A stretch of DNA of 64,000 nt from Nitrospirota bacterium (GCA_963699545.1 CAVOUE010000012.1:64001-128000); one strand, 5' to 3'; positions 32,899 through 44,394 are shown, counted from the stretch's first letter. Made by a program: numbers and translations. The notes: generated from the letters alone by a model not told the origin.

Positions 32899-34266
32899 TC
32901 ATTGTCGTCGCAGAAGCGCGGTTAAACCCTTCACCGCCCTTTCGGGAGAGGAATAAACAGGGATCCGGGCTTTTTCGAGAAGGGTGATGATCTTTTTTGC
33001 GACCCCGTCCGTCGGGATATGAAAGACGAAGGGTTTAGGAACATTTTCCCTGAACTGCTTCATGAGTCCCGCAAGTCTTTCCGTAATCCCCAGGACATTG
33101 GGCAGGGCGATGACGACAAACCCGTCATAGTCGTCTTTTAATTCGTTCAGCACTGTCAGAAAATCATCGTCCTTCACCTGCGCCGTAAGATCGATCGGGT
33201 TATGGAGCACATAAAAGTTCGGGAACATCCCCTTGAGACGGTTCAGTCTGTCATCGGAAAGCTCCACCACATCAAGGCCCTGTCTCATGCACTCATCAGC
33301 GGCAAGAACACCGGAACCCCCGCCATTTGTCACGATGCAGACGCGGTTGCCCCTCCCCTCTGCAGCAAGGGAGAGTGTCCCTTGCGCTCCCTGATAGGAA
33401 AGGGCCTTTGTCGCATCCATCAGTCCGTCGAAATCCGTTGCTTCCCGTATTCGGAACTGCTTCAGGATCGAGTGGAAGACTTCGTATCTTCCGGCAAGCC
33501 TCCCTGTATGGGAGAAGGCAGCCGCAGAGCCGCCGGCGCCCTTGCCGGACTTCAGCACAACAAGCGACTTCTTCGCCGACAGCGCCCGCGCTTTCTCCAC
33601 GAACCTTCTCCCGTCACCCAGCGACTCGACATAAGAGACCACGACATCGGTTTCCCGGTCTTCAAGAAAATATTCGTAAAGGTCAGCTTCGTTGATATCA
33701 ACTGCATTCCCGTATCCCACCGCTTTTGATATGCCTGTGTTCGTAACCCTGATCGCTTCAAAGAGAGATGCCATGATGGCGCCGCTCTGGGACAGGATCG
33801 CCACATTCCCCCTCCTCGGCCTCTTCATCCGTTCATGGCTGATAAAGAATGTATCAAGCCTGTTGCCGGGACAAAAGACCCCCATGCAATTCGGCCCGAG
33901 CAGGCGTATCCCGGCTTCTTTCCCGATCCTCTGCACTTCGAACTGGAGCTCACGCTCTCCGATCTCCGCAAAGCCGGAACTCACAACAATGGCGCATTTC
34001 ACCTTGCCCGCAAGATGCCTCAGGATATCAGGCACTTCGGATGCAGGTCTCATGATGATCGCGAGGTCGGCAGAGGAAGGCAGATCTGCAATAGTACGAT
34101 ACGCCTTCACCCCCATGAGCTCATCATATTTCGGGTTCACGGGATAGACCCTCCCGCGGAAGGCGAGGAGGTTCTTCAGCACAATACCGCCCAGCTTTAT
34201 CTCGGTATGGGCAGCGCCGATCAGCACGATGGACGCGGGGTTGAAGAGATAATCCAGAGAACTCAT
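32899..34266 (-). CDS. ADP-forming acetate/acyl-CoA ligase alpha (CoA-binding) subunit
   Basis: LFNPASIVLIGA, VYPVNP, LLGPNCMG, SQSGA, SHTG phospho-His, NPIDLT. Confidence 0.9.
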   Translation of the reverse strand: MSSLDYLFNPASIVLIGAAHTEIKLGGIVLKNLLAFRGRVYPVNPKYDELMGVKAYRTIADLPSSADLAIIMRPASEVPDILRHLAGKVKCAIVVSSGFAEIGERELQFEVQRIGKEAGIRLLGPNCMGVFCPGNRLDTFFISHERMKRPRRGNVAILSQSGAIMASLFEAIRVTNTGISKAVGYGNAVDINEADLYEYFLEDRETDVVVSYVESLGDGRRFVEKARALSAKKSLVVLKSGKGAGGSAAAFSHTGRLAGRYEVFHSILKQFRIREATDFDGLMDATKALSYQGAQGTLSLAAEGRGNRVCIVTNGGGSGVLAADECMRQGLDVVELSDDRLNRLKGMFPNFYVLHNPIDLTAQVKDDDFLTVLNELKDDYDGFVVIALPNVLGITERLAGLMKQFRENVPKPFVFHIPTDGVAKKIITLLEKARIPVYSSPERAVKGLTALLRRQ

Positions 34267-35445
34267 GCGCTTTCTATGAATAGAAGAGCAGGGTCCTCGA
34301 TATAGTTAACGATCCTTGTAAGGAACTTCGTTGCCTCGACCCCGTCCGTCACCCTGTGATCAAACGTCAGGGAGAGGGGCAGTATCCTCCTGATAACGAT
34401 CTGACCGTCCTTAACCCACGGTTTTTCCGAAATATTTCCTGTTCCCAGTATCGCCACATCAGGATAATTGATGATGGGGGTGGCAAAGGTCCCGCCGAAG
34501 TGTCCGTAATTGGTGATGGTGAAAGTGCTTCCCCTCATCTCTTCCAGCTTGATCTTCCTGTCCCTGGCCTTCTGACCCAGATCCTGAAGCTCTACCGCAA
34601 GTTCATGGATCGTCTTTCTCACGGCCTCCCGTATGACCGGGACCATGAGACCGTCCGGGGTGTCCACGGCAACTCCGATGTTGAAGTATTTCTTGACGAT
34701 TATTTCCTCCCGTCCCTCATCAACCGAAGCATTCAGCATGGGGTGATCGGCAAGGGCATGATACACCGCCTTGATGAAGAAGGGCATGAACGTCAGATGG
34801 ACACCCTTTTCAAGGAGCCCCTTTTTCTCCTTCTCGCGGAGGTTCCACAACTCGGTGATATCGGCCTCCTCCATGCCGGTCACAAAGGCAGTGGTCTTCT
34901 GGGAAAGGATGAGGTTTTTCGCGATGGTCCTTCTCAGCCCTCTCAGGGGTATTCTCTCCACCGGACCGTACTGGTCTTCAGCTTTCTTCTCCTGCGGGGC
35001 CGCCTTCATTACATCTTCTTTTGTGATGCTTCCTCCGGGGCCCGAGCCTTTCACTGATCCGAGATCGACCCCGAGGTCCTTTGCCAGCGCCCTGACCGCA
35101 GGGAGCGCAAGGATCCTCCTCTTCCTCATCCGGCAGAACGCCCACGACGGAAACGGACTTCGGTCTCTCTTTCGTCTCCGGCTTCTCCTCCTTCGGCGCA
35201 GCTTCCCCTTCAAGGGCGATGGTGACCAATACCTCTCCCACCTTGACGATCTCTCCAACGTCCCTGTGGATTTTCGTTACCGTTCCCTTTTTCGGGGAAG
35301 GCACCTCCACCACCGCCTTGTCCGTCTCTATCTCCAGAACGGTCTGGTGCTCATCAATGGCATCGCCTTCTCTGATGACCCATTTCCTTACTTCCCCTTC
35401 CGTCGTTCCCTCGCCCAGGTCCGGCAACACAAAGTCGAATGGCAT
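34263..35445 (-). CDS. pdhC: 2-oxoacid (pyruvate) dehydrogenase E2 dihydrolipoamide acyltransferase (frameshift near 35115)
   Basis: Lipoyl domain (ETDKAVVEVPSP), E3-binding PAVRALA, catalytic FDHRVTDG. Confidence 0.88.
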
Positions 35446-35592
35446 GGTTCCTCCCCATAGAACGTTCTGTCATAATTGCTGATACGTTCTCAGGTAAAGG
35501 ATAGCACGCAGGGGAGACGCAGTCAATCGCGCCTGGCTCCCCGTTCGGGGAGATGATATAATGAGGTCAGCAAGAATTGCGGGAGGAGAGAG

Positions 35593-35928
35593 GTGAAACA
35601 AAAGCCTAAAGGGCCCTTTGTCCCTGCGGAGCGGCATGAAACTGTCCGCCGCGAGATCACCGAGAGGCTGAAGGGTCAAACACTCTCGCCGATGGATATA
35701 TCCGCTGCAGTGCATATCCCGGTGAAGGAAGTATATGAGCACCTCGAACATATCAGGAGGTCCCTTATCAAGCGGGAACATCACCTGACCATAACGCCGG
35801 CAGAGTGCAAGAAATGCGGTTTCATCTTCAAAAAAAGAGAGAGATTGACGAAACCGGGGAAGTGTCCTGTCTGCAGGGGCGAGACCATTGAAGAGCCGCT
35901 GTTTTCTCTCGGCGAACGACCTACCTGA
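35593..35928 (+). CDS. Predicted transcriptional regulator, HTH plus zinc ribbon
   Basis: KEVYEHLEHIRRS, CKKCGFIF, PGKCPVC. Confidence 0.8.
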   Translation: MKQKPKGPFVPAERHETVRREITERLKGQTLSPMDISAAVHIPVKEVYEHLEHIRRSLIKREHHLTITPAECKKCGFIFKKRERLTKPGKCPVCRGETIEEPLFSLGERPT

Positions 35929-36364
35929 GTCCGAGTTTCGTCAGGATGGTCCCGAGGAATCTGTTGACGGGGTTGCTCCTCTTCAGAAATGAGACCACCG
36001 GAGGCTTCCTGGAGGTCAGTTTGTCAAGTTCGTCAATGATCGCCTGGTCTTTTTCATGGCTCAGTCCCTCCCTGAAGGTTCTTATGGCGTCATCTGTTTT
36101 CCCTGCATAGAGGTAAACCTTGCCCAGATTCAGATAGTGGAGGGGGTTTTGAGGCTCCCGCGCCTTTGCTTTTTCGCAGAGCGTAACCGCGAGCTGGAAT
36201 TGTCCCCGTTCCTTTGCAATGCAGAGGGCCAGGTAACAGCAGTAGGCAGGTTTTTCATCTCTCTGGACCGCCTTCTCAAAAAGGGTAAGGGCGGTAAGGG
36301 TATCCCCCTGCGCAAGGGCCTTCAAACCGCTGGTGAAGAATTTTTCTGCCTCAGTCTCCTGCAT
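35921..36364 (-). CDS. Tetratricopeptide repeat protein
   Basis: TPR-like helices (HYLNLGKVYL...AIRTFREGL), C-terminal FLKRSNPVNRFLG. Confidence 0.8.
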   Translation of the reverse strand: MQETEAEKFFTSGLKALAQGDTLTALTLFEKAVQRDEKPAYCCYLALCIAKERGQFQLAVTLCEKAKAREPQNPLHYLNLGKVYLYAGKTDDAIRTFREGLSHEKDQAIIDELDKLTSRKPPVVSFLKRSNPVNRFLGTILTKLGLR

Positions 36365-36439
36365 ACAATCATTCAACTGCAGAGCGAGATATGCGCCACC
36401 CATTTCTTGAGACGATTATTTCCGCCTTTCCCGTCCGCA

Positions 36440-37414
36440 TCAATACTTCATGATGTCGGTAAGGGCTTTTCTTATCCTCTCCACGGTGGGCATGTAATGG
36501 TCCTCAAGTCTCGGAAGGGGAAGGACCACATCATAGCTTGCCACCCGCGCCACGGGCGCCTTGAGAAAGAACATGGCATCCTCCGCGATGGTGGCCGCGA
36601 GTTCCGAGGCAAAACTTCCCACCTTGGGCGCCTCATTCACGATCACGACCCTCCCGGTCTTCTTCGCTGACCCGAGGACCGTCTCTTCATCATATGGATT
36701 GAGGGTCATCAGGTCGATCACCTCAGCGTCAAACCCTTCCACTGCCTCCAGAGTCCTGTGAAACATGAACCCCCAGGAGATCACGGTCACATCCTTTCCT
36801 TCCTGGACTATCCGCGCCTTTTCGAGGGGTACGGCGTATTCTCCTTCAGGCACGTCCTCCTTTACCAGACGGTAGAGCCTCGTGGACTCCAGAAATAACA
36901 CAGGGTCGGGGTCTCTAATGGACGACAAGAGAAGCCCTTTTGCGTAATACGGCGATGACGGCATCACAACCTTTATGCCGGGCATGTGACAGAAGAGCGC
37001 TTCATTGCTTTCCGAGTGGTGTTCGGGGGCTTTAATACCCGCCCCGTAGGGCGTCCTTATGACCAGGGGGCAAGTATATCTTCCCCTTGAGCGCGAGCGT
37101 ATCCTCGCAGCGTGGTTCGCTATCTGGTCCATGGCAGGATAAATGAACCCCTCGAACTGTATCTCGGCAACGGGCTTTAGACCATACACCGCCATACCTA
37201 TTGCAGCGCCCACGATGACCGACTCTGCAAGGGGGGTATCAATGATACGCTCCGGTCCGAATTGGTTCAGAAGCCCTTCGGTGATCCTGAATACCCCGCC
37301 GTCTCTTCCCACGTCCTCACCGAGGATGACCACATCCTTGTCCCTCTGCATCTCTTCTTTCAGCGCAAGGTTGATCGCCTGCACCATGTTCATTTTTTGG
37401 GAGTTCTGGGGCAT
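36440..37414 (-). CDS. pdhB: 2-oxoacid (pyruvate) dehydrogenase E1 beta
   Basis: LGEDVG..GGVFR, DTPLAE, PVAEIQF, PEHHS. Confidence 0.92.
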   Translation of the reverse strand: MPQNSQKMNMVQAINLALKEEMQRDKDVVILGEDVGRDGGVFRITEGLLNQFGPERIIDTPLAESVIVGAAIGMAVYGLKPVAEIQFEGFIYPAMDQIANHAARIRSRSRGRYTCPLVIRTPYGAGIKAPEHHSESNEALFCHMPGIKVVMPSSPYYAKGLLLSSIRDPDPVLFLESTRLYRLVKEDVPEGEYAVPLEKARIVQEGKDVTVISWGFMFHRTLEAVEGFDAEVIDLMTLNPYDEETVLGSAKKTGRVVIVNEAPKVGSFASELAATIAEDAMFFLKAPVARVASYDVVLPLPRLEDHYMPTVERIRKALTDIMKY

Positions 37415-37415
37415 A

Positions 37416-38471
37416 TCAGAAATCCTTTATCTCTTTCTGCTGTCTCTGGGTAAGCGTAAGGTATGTGTAGGTGAACATATCACGGGGGTCCGGAGGTTCG
37501 ATGGATTCTGCCTTTTTCTCCGCATCGTCCACAGCAGCCTTCGCCCCTGTCTCAATCTCATTCTGATACTGCTCAGACCATATCCCTTTCTTCTCCATGA
37601 AGAGCTTCAACCTCAGAATGGGGTCTTTTTCTTTCCATGCCTCCACCTCTTCTTCTGTTCTGTAACGAGATGCATCATCGGCAGTGGTGTGGTCCGCCAT
37701 TCTGTATGTGAAGCATTCAATGAGGGTCGGACCGTTGCCCTGCTTCGCTTTGTTAAGGGCATCTTTTGTTGCCTTGTATACTGCAAAAATATCATTCCCG
37801 TCCACTTGCACGCCTTCGAAGCCATAGGCAAATGCCTTCTGCGCGATGGTTCCTGCAGCGGTCTGCTTCTCCCTTGGTACCGAGATCGCCCACTGATTAT
37901 TCTGGCAGATAAAGACAACGGGCAGCTTGAATACACCGGCGAAATTGAGTCCCTCGTGAAAGTCGCCCTCGGATGTGCCGCCGTCACCGAAATAGGCTGC
38001 TGCAGCGATTTTGTCCCCCCTGTATTTTGCAGCCATGGCAACCCCTACCGCATGGGGAATATGGCTCGCCACCGGAATGGAGACAGGGAGGATGTTTATA
38101 TCCTTTGCCATCCTGAGCCCTCTTTCGTCTCCTCCCCAGTATTGAAGGATCATATGCAGGGGATGACCGACAGCGAGGTAAACGCCGTTCTCCCTGAAGG
38201 AGGGGAATATCCAGTCGGTCTTTTCCAGGGCAAGGGCGCTTCCGATCTGTGCCGCTTCCTGCCCCCGGATTGGGGCATAGGTGCCGATCCTTCCTTCTCT
38301 TTGAAGGTCTAAGGCGCGTTGGTCAAAGGTCCTCGCAAGGACCATGAGCTCATACATCCTCTTTATCTCATCATCCGTGAGGGAAGGCATAAGAGACTCG
38401 TCCACATTTCCCTTCTCATCGAGGACATCGAGACGCTTCACATTAAAGGATTCTATGACTTTCTCAGGCAT
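37416..38471 (-). CDS. pdhA: 2-oxoacid (pyruvate) dehydrogenase E1 alpha
   Basis: GQEAAQ, FGDGGTSEGDFHE TPP motif, NNQWAIS, YRMADHTTADD. Confidence 0.92.
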   Translation of the reverse strand: MPEKVIESFNVKRLDVLDEKGNVDESLMPSLTDDEIKRMYELMVLARTFDQRALDLQREGRIGTYAPIRGQEAAQIGSALALEKTDWIFPSFRENGVYLAVGHPLHMILQYWGGDERGLRMAKDINILPVSIPVASHIPHAVGVAMAAKYRGDKIAAAAYFGDGGTSEGDFHEGLNFAGVFKLPVVFICQNNQWAISVPREKQTAAGTIAQKAFAYGFEGVQVDGNDIFAVYKATKDALNKAKQGNGPTLIECFTYRMADHTTADDASRYRTEEEVEAWKEKDPILRLKLFMEKKGIWSEQYQNEIETGAKAAVDDAEKKAESIEPPDPRDMFTYTYLTLTQRQQKEIKDF

Positions 38472-38616
38472 TAATAGAAGGATAGCATGCGAACGGTGAA
38501 CAGTCAATTCTTTATCATGGTTTCCCCGTTTCTCATTGCAGGCGTTTATTGATAAGAAGTAAGATACGGATGCGATCCATGTGCCTGAAATGTGATGGTG
38601 CAGGCAGGGACAATGA

Positions 38617-39417
38617 TCAATCAGCCGGTCTCAGTTTTTCAATCGGCACACGCGCAGGGTCGCTTCCGGTTCCAGACGAAGGACCGCCCTCTCCGGTGAC
38701 TTCTTTATATTCAGGGACAACGATCCCCCGCTTCACCATGATGCTGTAAATGAGGTTTGACCGGTTCACCACATAACGCTGATCCCCCGTCGGATCATAT
38801 TTCCTCGGGTTCGGGAGAACCGCTGCAAGCCTGGCAGCTTCTTCAGCGGAAAGATCGGACGCGGATTTCCCGAAGTACTGCCGTGATGCCGCTTCAACGC
38901 CGAAAACCCCCTCTCCCCACTCGATGACATTCAGATAAAGCTCCAGTATTCGTTTCTTGGAGAGGACCTTCTCCATCCTCCATGTAATGAGCGCTTCTGC
39001 AACTTTTCTGAACGGGTTCTTCGAAGGGGAGAGATAGAGGTTCTTTGCCAGCTGCTGGCTTATGGTGCTTCCCCCCAGCTTGAACTTCTTCGCCTTGATG
39101 TCCTTTTCCATGGCCTTCTGTATCGCCTCGTAATCAAAGCCCTCATGCTTCCAGAACTTGTCGTCCTCCGCAATAAGCACGGCCTTGATGATATACGGCG
39201 AGAGCCGGGAGATGGGCACCCATGTCTGGGAGATCCGATACTTCTTCCCTGTCCTCTCCCATTCCTTTTCGCGGTATTTCATAAAAGCGGTCTTTGCAGG
39301 ATTCTCTTTTTGAAGTTTTGAAACATCGGGCATGAGGAATAGGGAGGAGAGGGCAAAAAGGAGCAGGCAGGCAATGGCAAAGAACAGTATCTTACTGAAC
39401 AACTTCCCTTTACGCAT
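38617..39417 (-). CDS. mtgA: Monofunctional peptidoglycan transglycosylase
   Basis: AEDDKFWKHEG, GGSTISQQLAKNLYL, RK..E, LYLNVIEWG. Confidence 0.92.
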   Translation of the reverse strand: MRKGKLFSKILFFAIACLLLFALSSLFLMPDVSKLQKENPAKTAFMKYREKEWERTGKKYRISQTWVPISRLSPYIIKAVLIAEDDKFWKHEGFDYEAIQKAMEKDIKAKKFKLGGSTISQQLAKNLYLSPSKNPFRKVAEALITWRMEKVLSKKRILELYLNVIEWGEGVFGVEAASRQYFGKSASDLSAEEAARLAAVLPNPRKYDPTGDQRYVVNRSNLIYSIMVKRGIVVPEYKEVTGEGGPSSGTGSDPARVPIEKLRPAD

Positions 39418-39437
39418 CCCCAAAGAGAATATCCGTT

Positions 39438-39959
39438 TTACTGTAAAGGCCCCTTCAAAAGGCGGATATCATCGATCCAGACCGTGCCCTTGCCGTCGAC
39501 CACGAGGTTGAGTTTTATGAGGTCGGGTCTTTCCCCCTGTTTCAGGAAGAAGGGTGCCTCGGCAGTTATCCAGTTCATGGTGCCGGTTACAGGGTTCTGA
39601 AGGCCCCTGGAGAAGAACTCGCCCTTCCCGGGGAAGCGGCACCACATCTCAAGGTACGCCTGCCCCTGGAGTTCTGCCGAGCGAAGCTTCGCCCGGTACG
39701 TCAGACGTGCATTTTCAGCTTCGGTGTCGCTGACCTCGAATAGCCTTACCACTGTCGGTCCCGTTGCATGAATACGCAAAGAGCCCTTGCCGTCGCTTGA
39801 AGTTTCCTTGTCCAGCTCTGCCCCGGATTGGGTGATGATGCCGTCAAGACTGTCCACGGGAAACCGCTTGAGTTCCACTTCCTGCTGTGCCGTCTTTGAA
39901 CATCCCACCGCAAAGAACAACGTCAAGGCTGCAAGGCAATATACACATTTCTTGAACAT
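39438..39959 (-). CDS. Hypothetical lipoprotein (carbohydrate-binding-like beta sandwich)
   Basis: Lipobox AVGC; C-terminal GTVWIDDIRL; RBS AAGGAG. Confidence 0.7.
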   Translation of the reverse strand: MFKKCVYCLAALTLFFAVGCSKTAQQEVELKRFPVDSLDGIITQSGAELDKETSSDGKGSLRIHATGPTVVRLFEVSDTEAENARLTYRAKLRSAELQGQAYLEMWCRFPGKGEFFSRGLQNPVTGTMNWITAEAPFFLKQGERPDLIKLNLVVDGKGTVWIDDIRLLKGPLQ

Positions 39960-39997
39960 TTCATGCTCCTTATGTTTATCAATGTCTGGCTGCAACA

Positions 39998-40876
39998 CTA
40001 GCCTACGATCTCCGTTCCGATCCCCTCCTTCGTAAAGATCTCCAGAAGGAGGCAGTGAGCCACCCGGCCATCAACGATATGCGTCTTCTTCACCCCTCCC
40101 TCAAGGGCACGGGTGCATGCCTGGACCTTGGGCAGCATGCCACCTGAGACCGTGCCGTCGTCGATGATCTTCTTCACGCCCTTTTTCGTCACCGTAGAGA
40201 TCACGTTCCCCTTTTTGTCCTTGATCCCTGGCACATCGGTGAGCAGTATCAGCTTCTCAGCCTTCAGCGAAGATGCCACCGCAGACGCAACGTAATCCGC
40301 GTTGATATTGAACGTCTCTCCGGCCTTGCCCGCACCGATAGGCGAAATCACCGGGATAAACCCGTCCTTCTGGAGGGAGTCAAGGATCGCCGGATCCACT
40401 GATTCGACCTCCCCTACCAGCCCGATGTCGATGACTTCTTCTTCTCCTGTCTCAGCCGCCTTCTTTATGAGCTTCTTCTTCGCCCTGATGAGCCCTCCGT
40501 CCTTTCCGCTCAGTCCCGCAGCCTTGCCTCCGTGGCTGTTGATCAGCGCCACGATCTCTTTATTCACAAGGCCCCCCAGGACCATCTCAACAATGTCCAT
40601 GGTCTCTTTGTCTGTCACCCGCTGGCCATGGATAAAGGCCGGTTCCTTCCCCATCTTCTTCATGGTCTCGCTGATCTTCGGTCCCCCGCCGTGAACAATG
40701 ACAGGCCTGATACCGATGAAGTTCAGGAGCACCACATCCTGCGCAAAGGAGTTCTTCAGCGCAGCCTCGACCTGCGCAGCGCCACCGTATTTTATCACAA
40801 ACGTCTTCCCATAGAAATTACGGATATACGGCAGGGAATCGACTAAGACCTGTGCCTTCTCAAGCAGCTTCTCCAT
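39998..40876 (-). CDS. argB: Acetylglutamate kinase
   Basis: VIKYGG, VHGGGP, RVTD, NINAD, LTDVPG, GGMLPK. Confidence 0.97.
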   Translation of the reverse strand: MEKLLEKAQVLVDSLPYIRNFYGKTFVIKYGGAAQVEAALKNSFAQDVVLLNFIGIRPVIVHGGGPKISETMKKMGKEPAFIHGQRVTDKETMDIVEMVLGGLVNKEIVALINSHGGKAAGLSGKDGGLIRAKKKLIKKAAETGEEEVIDIGLVGEVESVDPAILDSLQKDGFIPVISPIGAGKAGETFNINADYVASAVASSLKAEKLILLTDVPGIKDKKGNVISTVTKKGVKKIIDDGTVSGGMLPKVQACTRALEGGVKKTHIVDGRVAHCLLLEIFTKEGIGTEIVG

Positions 40877-40897
40877 CTCTTATGTCCCTCGAAGAAC

Positions 40898-41503
40898 CTA
40901 TGAATTATGCTTTACCCTGTCCGTTTCAAAACAGGGGATACAGACGATCTTCCCTTCTCTTATCCTGGCCCTCGGTTCAGCCATCTTCTCGCCACACGTC
41001 CGACACGAGAGACTCTGATAGATCTTTGCCTCCTGAGGCAAAGGGATCCTCACCTTCGTGATCTTCAGCAGCTCTTTCTCGGGTGACTCAAGGATGGCCT
41101 TCGTCTTCTTCGTCCTGCGGTTATGGACCGCCCGGGTCACCTCTTCAGAGCGGTCACCCCTCTCGTAACGTCTCCATAATTCTTTTTCCCTTTCTGTTTC
41201 CTCGGGAGCGATAAAGTCTATGGCTATCCGGACCCCGTTTCCCGAAGGCCTGTTCAAAAAGGTGTACGCCTGTTTTCCGTAGTCCTTAAAGACCAGGTTC
41301 CCTTTCCCAAAAGTACATCCGGTGACAACCTGAATCGCATCAACAGCACATGAGTCATTCTCGACGATCGCAACCAGCTCTTCATCTTCAGAGATGTCTT
41401 CCCTTTTCATGGCCTTCAATGCCGCCACCGCGACCCGGTACCCCAGGGCGAGCCCGGGACAGCTGTGACCGTGAAAATCAATGACTTCCTTAAAGCGTTT
41501 CAT
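40898..41503 (-). CDS. FmdE-family protein with C-terminal zinc finger
   Basis: FHGHSCPGLALG, CAVDAIQVVTGCTFGKGNL, CRTCGE...CIPC. Confidence 0.9.
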   Translation of the reverse strand: MKRFKEVIDFHGHSCPGLALGYRVAVAALKAMKREDISEDEELVAIVENDSCAVDAIQVVTGCTFGKGNLVFKDYGKQAYTFLNRPSGNGVRIAIDFIAPEETEREKELWRRYERGDRSEEVTRAVHNRRTKKTKAILESPEKELLKITKVRIPLPQEAKIYQSLSCRTCGEKMAEPRARIREGKIVCIPCFETDRVKHNS

Positions 41504-41603
41504 AGACAGGATTTTACCTCAAAAGGACAGTTTTTGCAAAAGGACCGGGAATCACTTTCAATCCGGCCCAGGAATGCCGATCACACTGACCGGGTAGCAT
41601 TAC

Positions 41604-41693
<90 letters not shown>

Positions 41694-41802
41694 ATCGAAG
41701 CGATCAGCAGATAGTTTAAACCAAAAGAGGGTAATTTAGGAATATAAGCAAGAGGGCTATTGTAGCTTGCCGTGGGCGGTCGAGCCTCACCTCGGCTCAA
41801 CC

Positions 41803-42264
41803 CTATCTCCTGTCCTTAAAGAACGTCTTCAGTATCTCAGCGCACTCTTCCTCGAGGATACCGGATACGACCTCCACCTGATGGTTCAATCTCGGATCGC
41901 TGAGCACGGCATAGAGGCTTTCCACAGCCCCGCCTTTGCTGTCCGGACAGCCATAGACGAGCCTGCCCAACCGTGCGTTCACCATGGTGCCGGCGCACAT
42001 GATGCATGGCTCCTTGGTCACATAGAGGGTTGCATCTGATAACCGCCAGCTGCCGATGATTCTCGCACCCTCACGTAGTGCAATGACTTCCGCATGGGCA
42101 GAGGGGTCGTTCAACCTTTCCCTCTGGTTGTGCGCCCTCGTGATGATGTTCCCCTCAATAACGAGCACAGCACCCACCGGCACTTCCCCCGCGGAAGAAG
42201 CGAGCCCGGCTTCTTCCATGGCCACCTTCATGAAATGGAGATCCTCTTCTTTGTTGTTGTCCAC
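41803..42264 (-). CDS. tadA: tRNA adenosine(34) deaminase
   Basis: GEVPVGAV, AHAEV, EPCIMC, RLNH. Confidence 0.95.
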   Translation of the reverse strand: MDNNKEEDLHFMKVAMEEAGLASSAGEVPVGAVLVIEGNIITRAHNQRERLNDPSAHAEVIALREGARIIGSWRLSDATLYVTKEPCIMCAGTMVNARLGRLVYGCPDSKGGAVESLYAVLSDPRLNHQVEVVSGILEEECAEILKTFFKDRR

Positions 42265-42314
42265 AGAGATCCTCGCCTTCTTCAGTTCAAGACACGCGTC
42301 CCCGGCGTCATGCT

Positions 42315-43704
42315 TCAGCGCAGATCATTCAGGAGCCTCTGGAATTCCTTGGACTCTGCAAGTATGCGGTGAGCCGCATCCCGCAATTTATCCACTTCCT
42401 GCGGTTCCAGACTGAAGGATGTGGGAAGCCTCTTGAAATACCACCGCTCGTGCTCGTCCTTCAGGGCATCGAACTTCACTTCGATGATGTAAAATTCAAT
42501 ATCGCCGCATGACCCGGGCACGGTGGATACTTTCCCGTCAGGGCATCTCTGCCTCCGCACCTGTGCAGTCCACCCCTTCAGGCTTTCCTTCAGCAGCGCC
42601 ACCGTTTCGACATTGTACCGTTCGATGGCTATGGACGAATAGGATTCCAGCATTGCAGCAAATGCCGGAGGGCTCTCCATACGATCCCAGAAGGAATCGG
42701 GTTGGGTCTCGGCGTTCACCACAATAATCGCAACCTTGTGCACATTCTTATGATGGGTATCTTTGATGGTTCTCCCAGAAATCTCCCCTGAAAATTATTC
42801 TGTCAAGGATACCCCTGAGACCGAGGTTGTCCGCAATTCCCCCGTCCAGAAGATGAAGGTAGGGTTTCTTCTCCGGGTTCAGATAAGGCGCAATGTTGCT
42901 CGCGAGAAAGAACTGACGTTCCGAAATCTCACCCTTCTGCAGGACCCTTTGCAGGGCATCCGGCATCCGGTAGTCGCACGCGCCGGCAAAATTCCGCACG
43001 GTAATGGGGGTCAGAAGGAGAGGGACCGCGGACGAGGCGGCCACCGCTCTCGCCACCGGAAAAGTTGACAGGTCTGAGCAGAGGATGTCGAACATGTCCT
43101 GGGTGAACTGAACCCTTATGCCGTAGGTCATATCAGTGGCGTTCATGATGATCATCGGCCCTTTTCTGGCTGCGATGTCACCGAAGGTGCCGCCTTCGAA
43201 GATATACCTGTCATAGTACTCGGCTGCCAGATCGCTCCGGTCAAAATGAGGGGAGAAGAGCCGGACCCAGTTAAGAGGATTAAAGAACGTTCTTGAGATA
43301 AGAGCCCCCTGAATATTCTGCTTCAGGAACTTCGCCTCAAAGTCCTCAAAAATGCGCTCGCCGAAGAGGCCGTAATACCCGGCGGTGAAACTCCCGCCAG
43401 ATACACTCGATATGGCGTCCACCTCATCCAGAAGCCGCCGTTTCTTCCCGTCGATCATAATATCTGTCTTTGCCAGTTCTTCAAGGACACCGTACGAGAA
43501 TGCTGCGGCACGCGTTCCTCCACCGGAGAAGGTCACAAAAAGGAGCATGTCATCGGATTTCCCCGGCACCCTCATGTTCTTGCCCCTGTATCCTTCGTCA
43601 GGATCATAGTGCCTGAGCCTCTCATTGACCGGGTAATGTGCACAGCCCTGAACAAACAGGACAGCCGCCACAAGACCTGTGCAGAGCCATTTGAGCACGT
43701 TCAT
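42315..43704 (-). CDS. Patatin-like phospholipase lipoprotein (frameshift near 42770)
   Basis: Lipobox VQGC, SGGGTRAA, SVSGGS, DGG; second ORF piece continues to LPTSFSL. Confidence 0.85.
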
Positions 43705-43884
43705 CCGCTCCTTCCGAAAGAAGTACGCACACTGACTATCATCAATGACGCTCGTTTTTTCAGTATATCACAGTGTGTCTGATGGAGGGATTAGGGAACG
43801 GGTACAATTACTGCACAGCGAAAGGGGCCTGGTCATCCAGGCCCCTCTTTTTCGATCAGCCTTTCGGGCAAAGAGATGTCAATT

Positions 43885-44310
43885 CTACCTGTTCACAACC
43901 TCAAGAAGGTTTTGTGCTGTCTCATTGTTCAGCGCCGTCTTTTCCCCCGCAATTTCAGGCCACCTCTTGTTCAGTTCGCCTGCCGAAGAGAAAAGAACAC
44001 TGTCTTGCAACTCCCTGAGAGTACCCTTCAGGAATTTGTTCTCCTCTTTCAGCTTCTCATTCTCCTCAAGGGCCTTTTCGTGCCTCGTGCGTGGGACAAA
44101 ACCGAGGATGATATAAAAATCGATCAGCTTTTCGAATATCTCGGGTGCTTTAGGGATCAAGAAATCTCTGCCGTAAGACAAGCTCCAGTAATTCTTTGCC
44201 GATGCGATGCCTCCCTCCTGCATATCCCTGAAAAACTTGAGGAGCCCCATTTTGAAAAGAGGCATCCCAAAGAGATGGTCGATGTCATTGATGTCTTCTT
44301 CTTTTAACAT
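43885..44310 (-). CDS. Hypothetical protein with coiled coil, downstream of a GEMM riboswitch
   Basis: 141-aa ORF, RBS GGGGGAAG, ALEENEKLKEENKFLK heptads. Confidence 0.75.
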   Translation of the reverse strand: MLKEEDINDIDHLFGMPLFKMGLLKFFRDMQEGGIASAKNYWSLSYGRDFLIPKAPEIFEKLIDFYIILGFVPRTRHEKALEENEKLKEENKFLKGTLRELQDSVLFSSAGELNKRWPEIAGEKTALNNETAQNLLEVVNR

Positions 44311-44394
44311 TTCTTCCCCCCATTCACCCGTACGGTTTACTGCGGTGGTCTTTTATCAGGCAATCCCCCGAAAAAAGGCCGAACATACCCAAGG

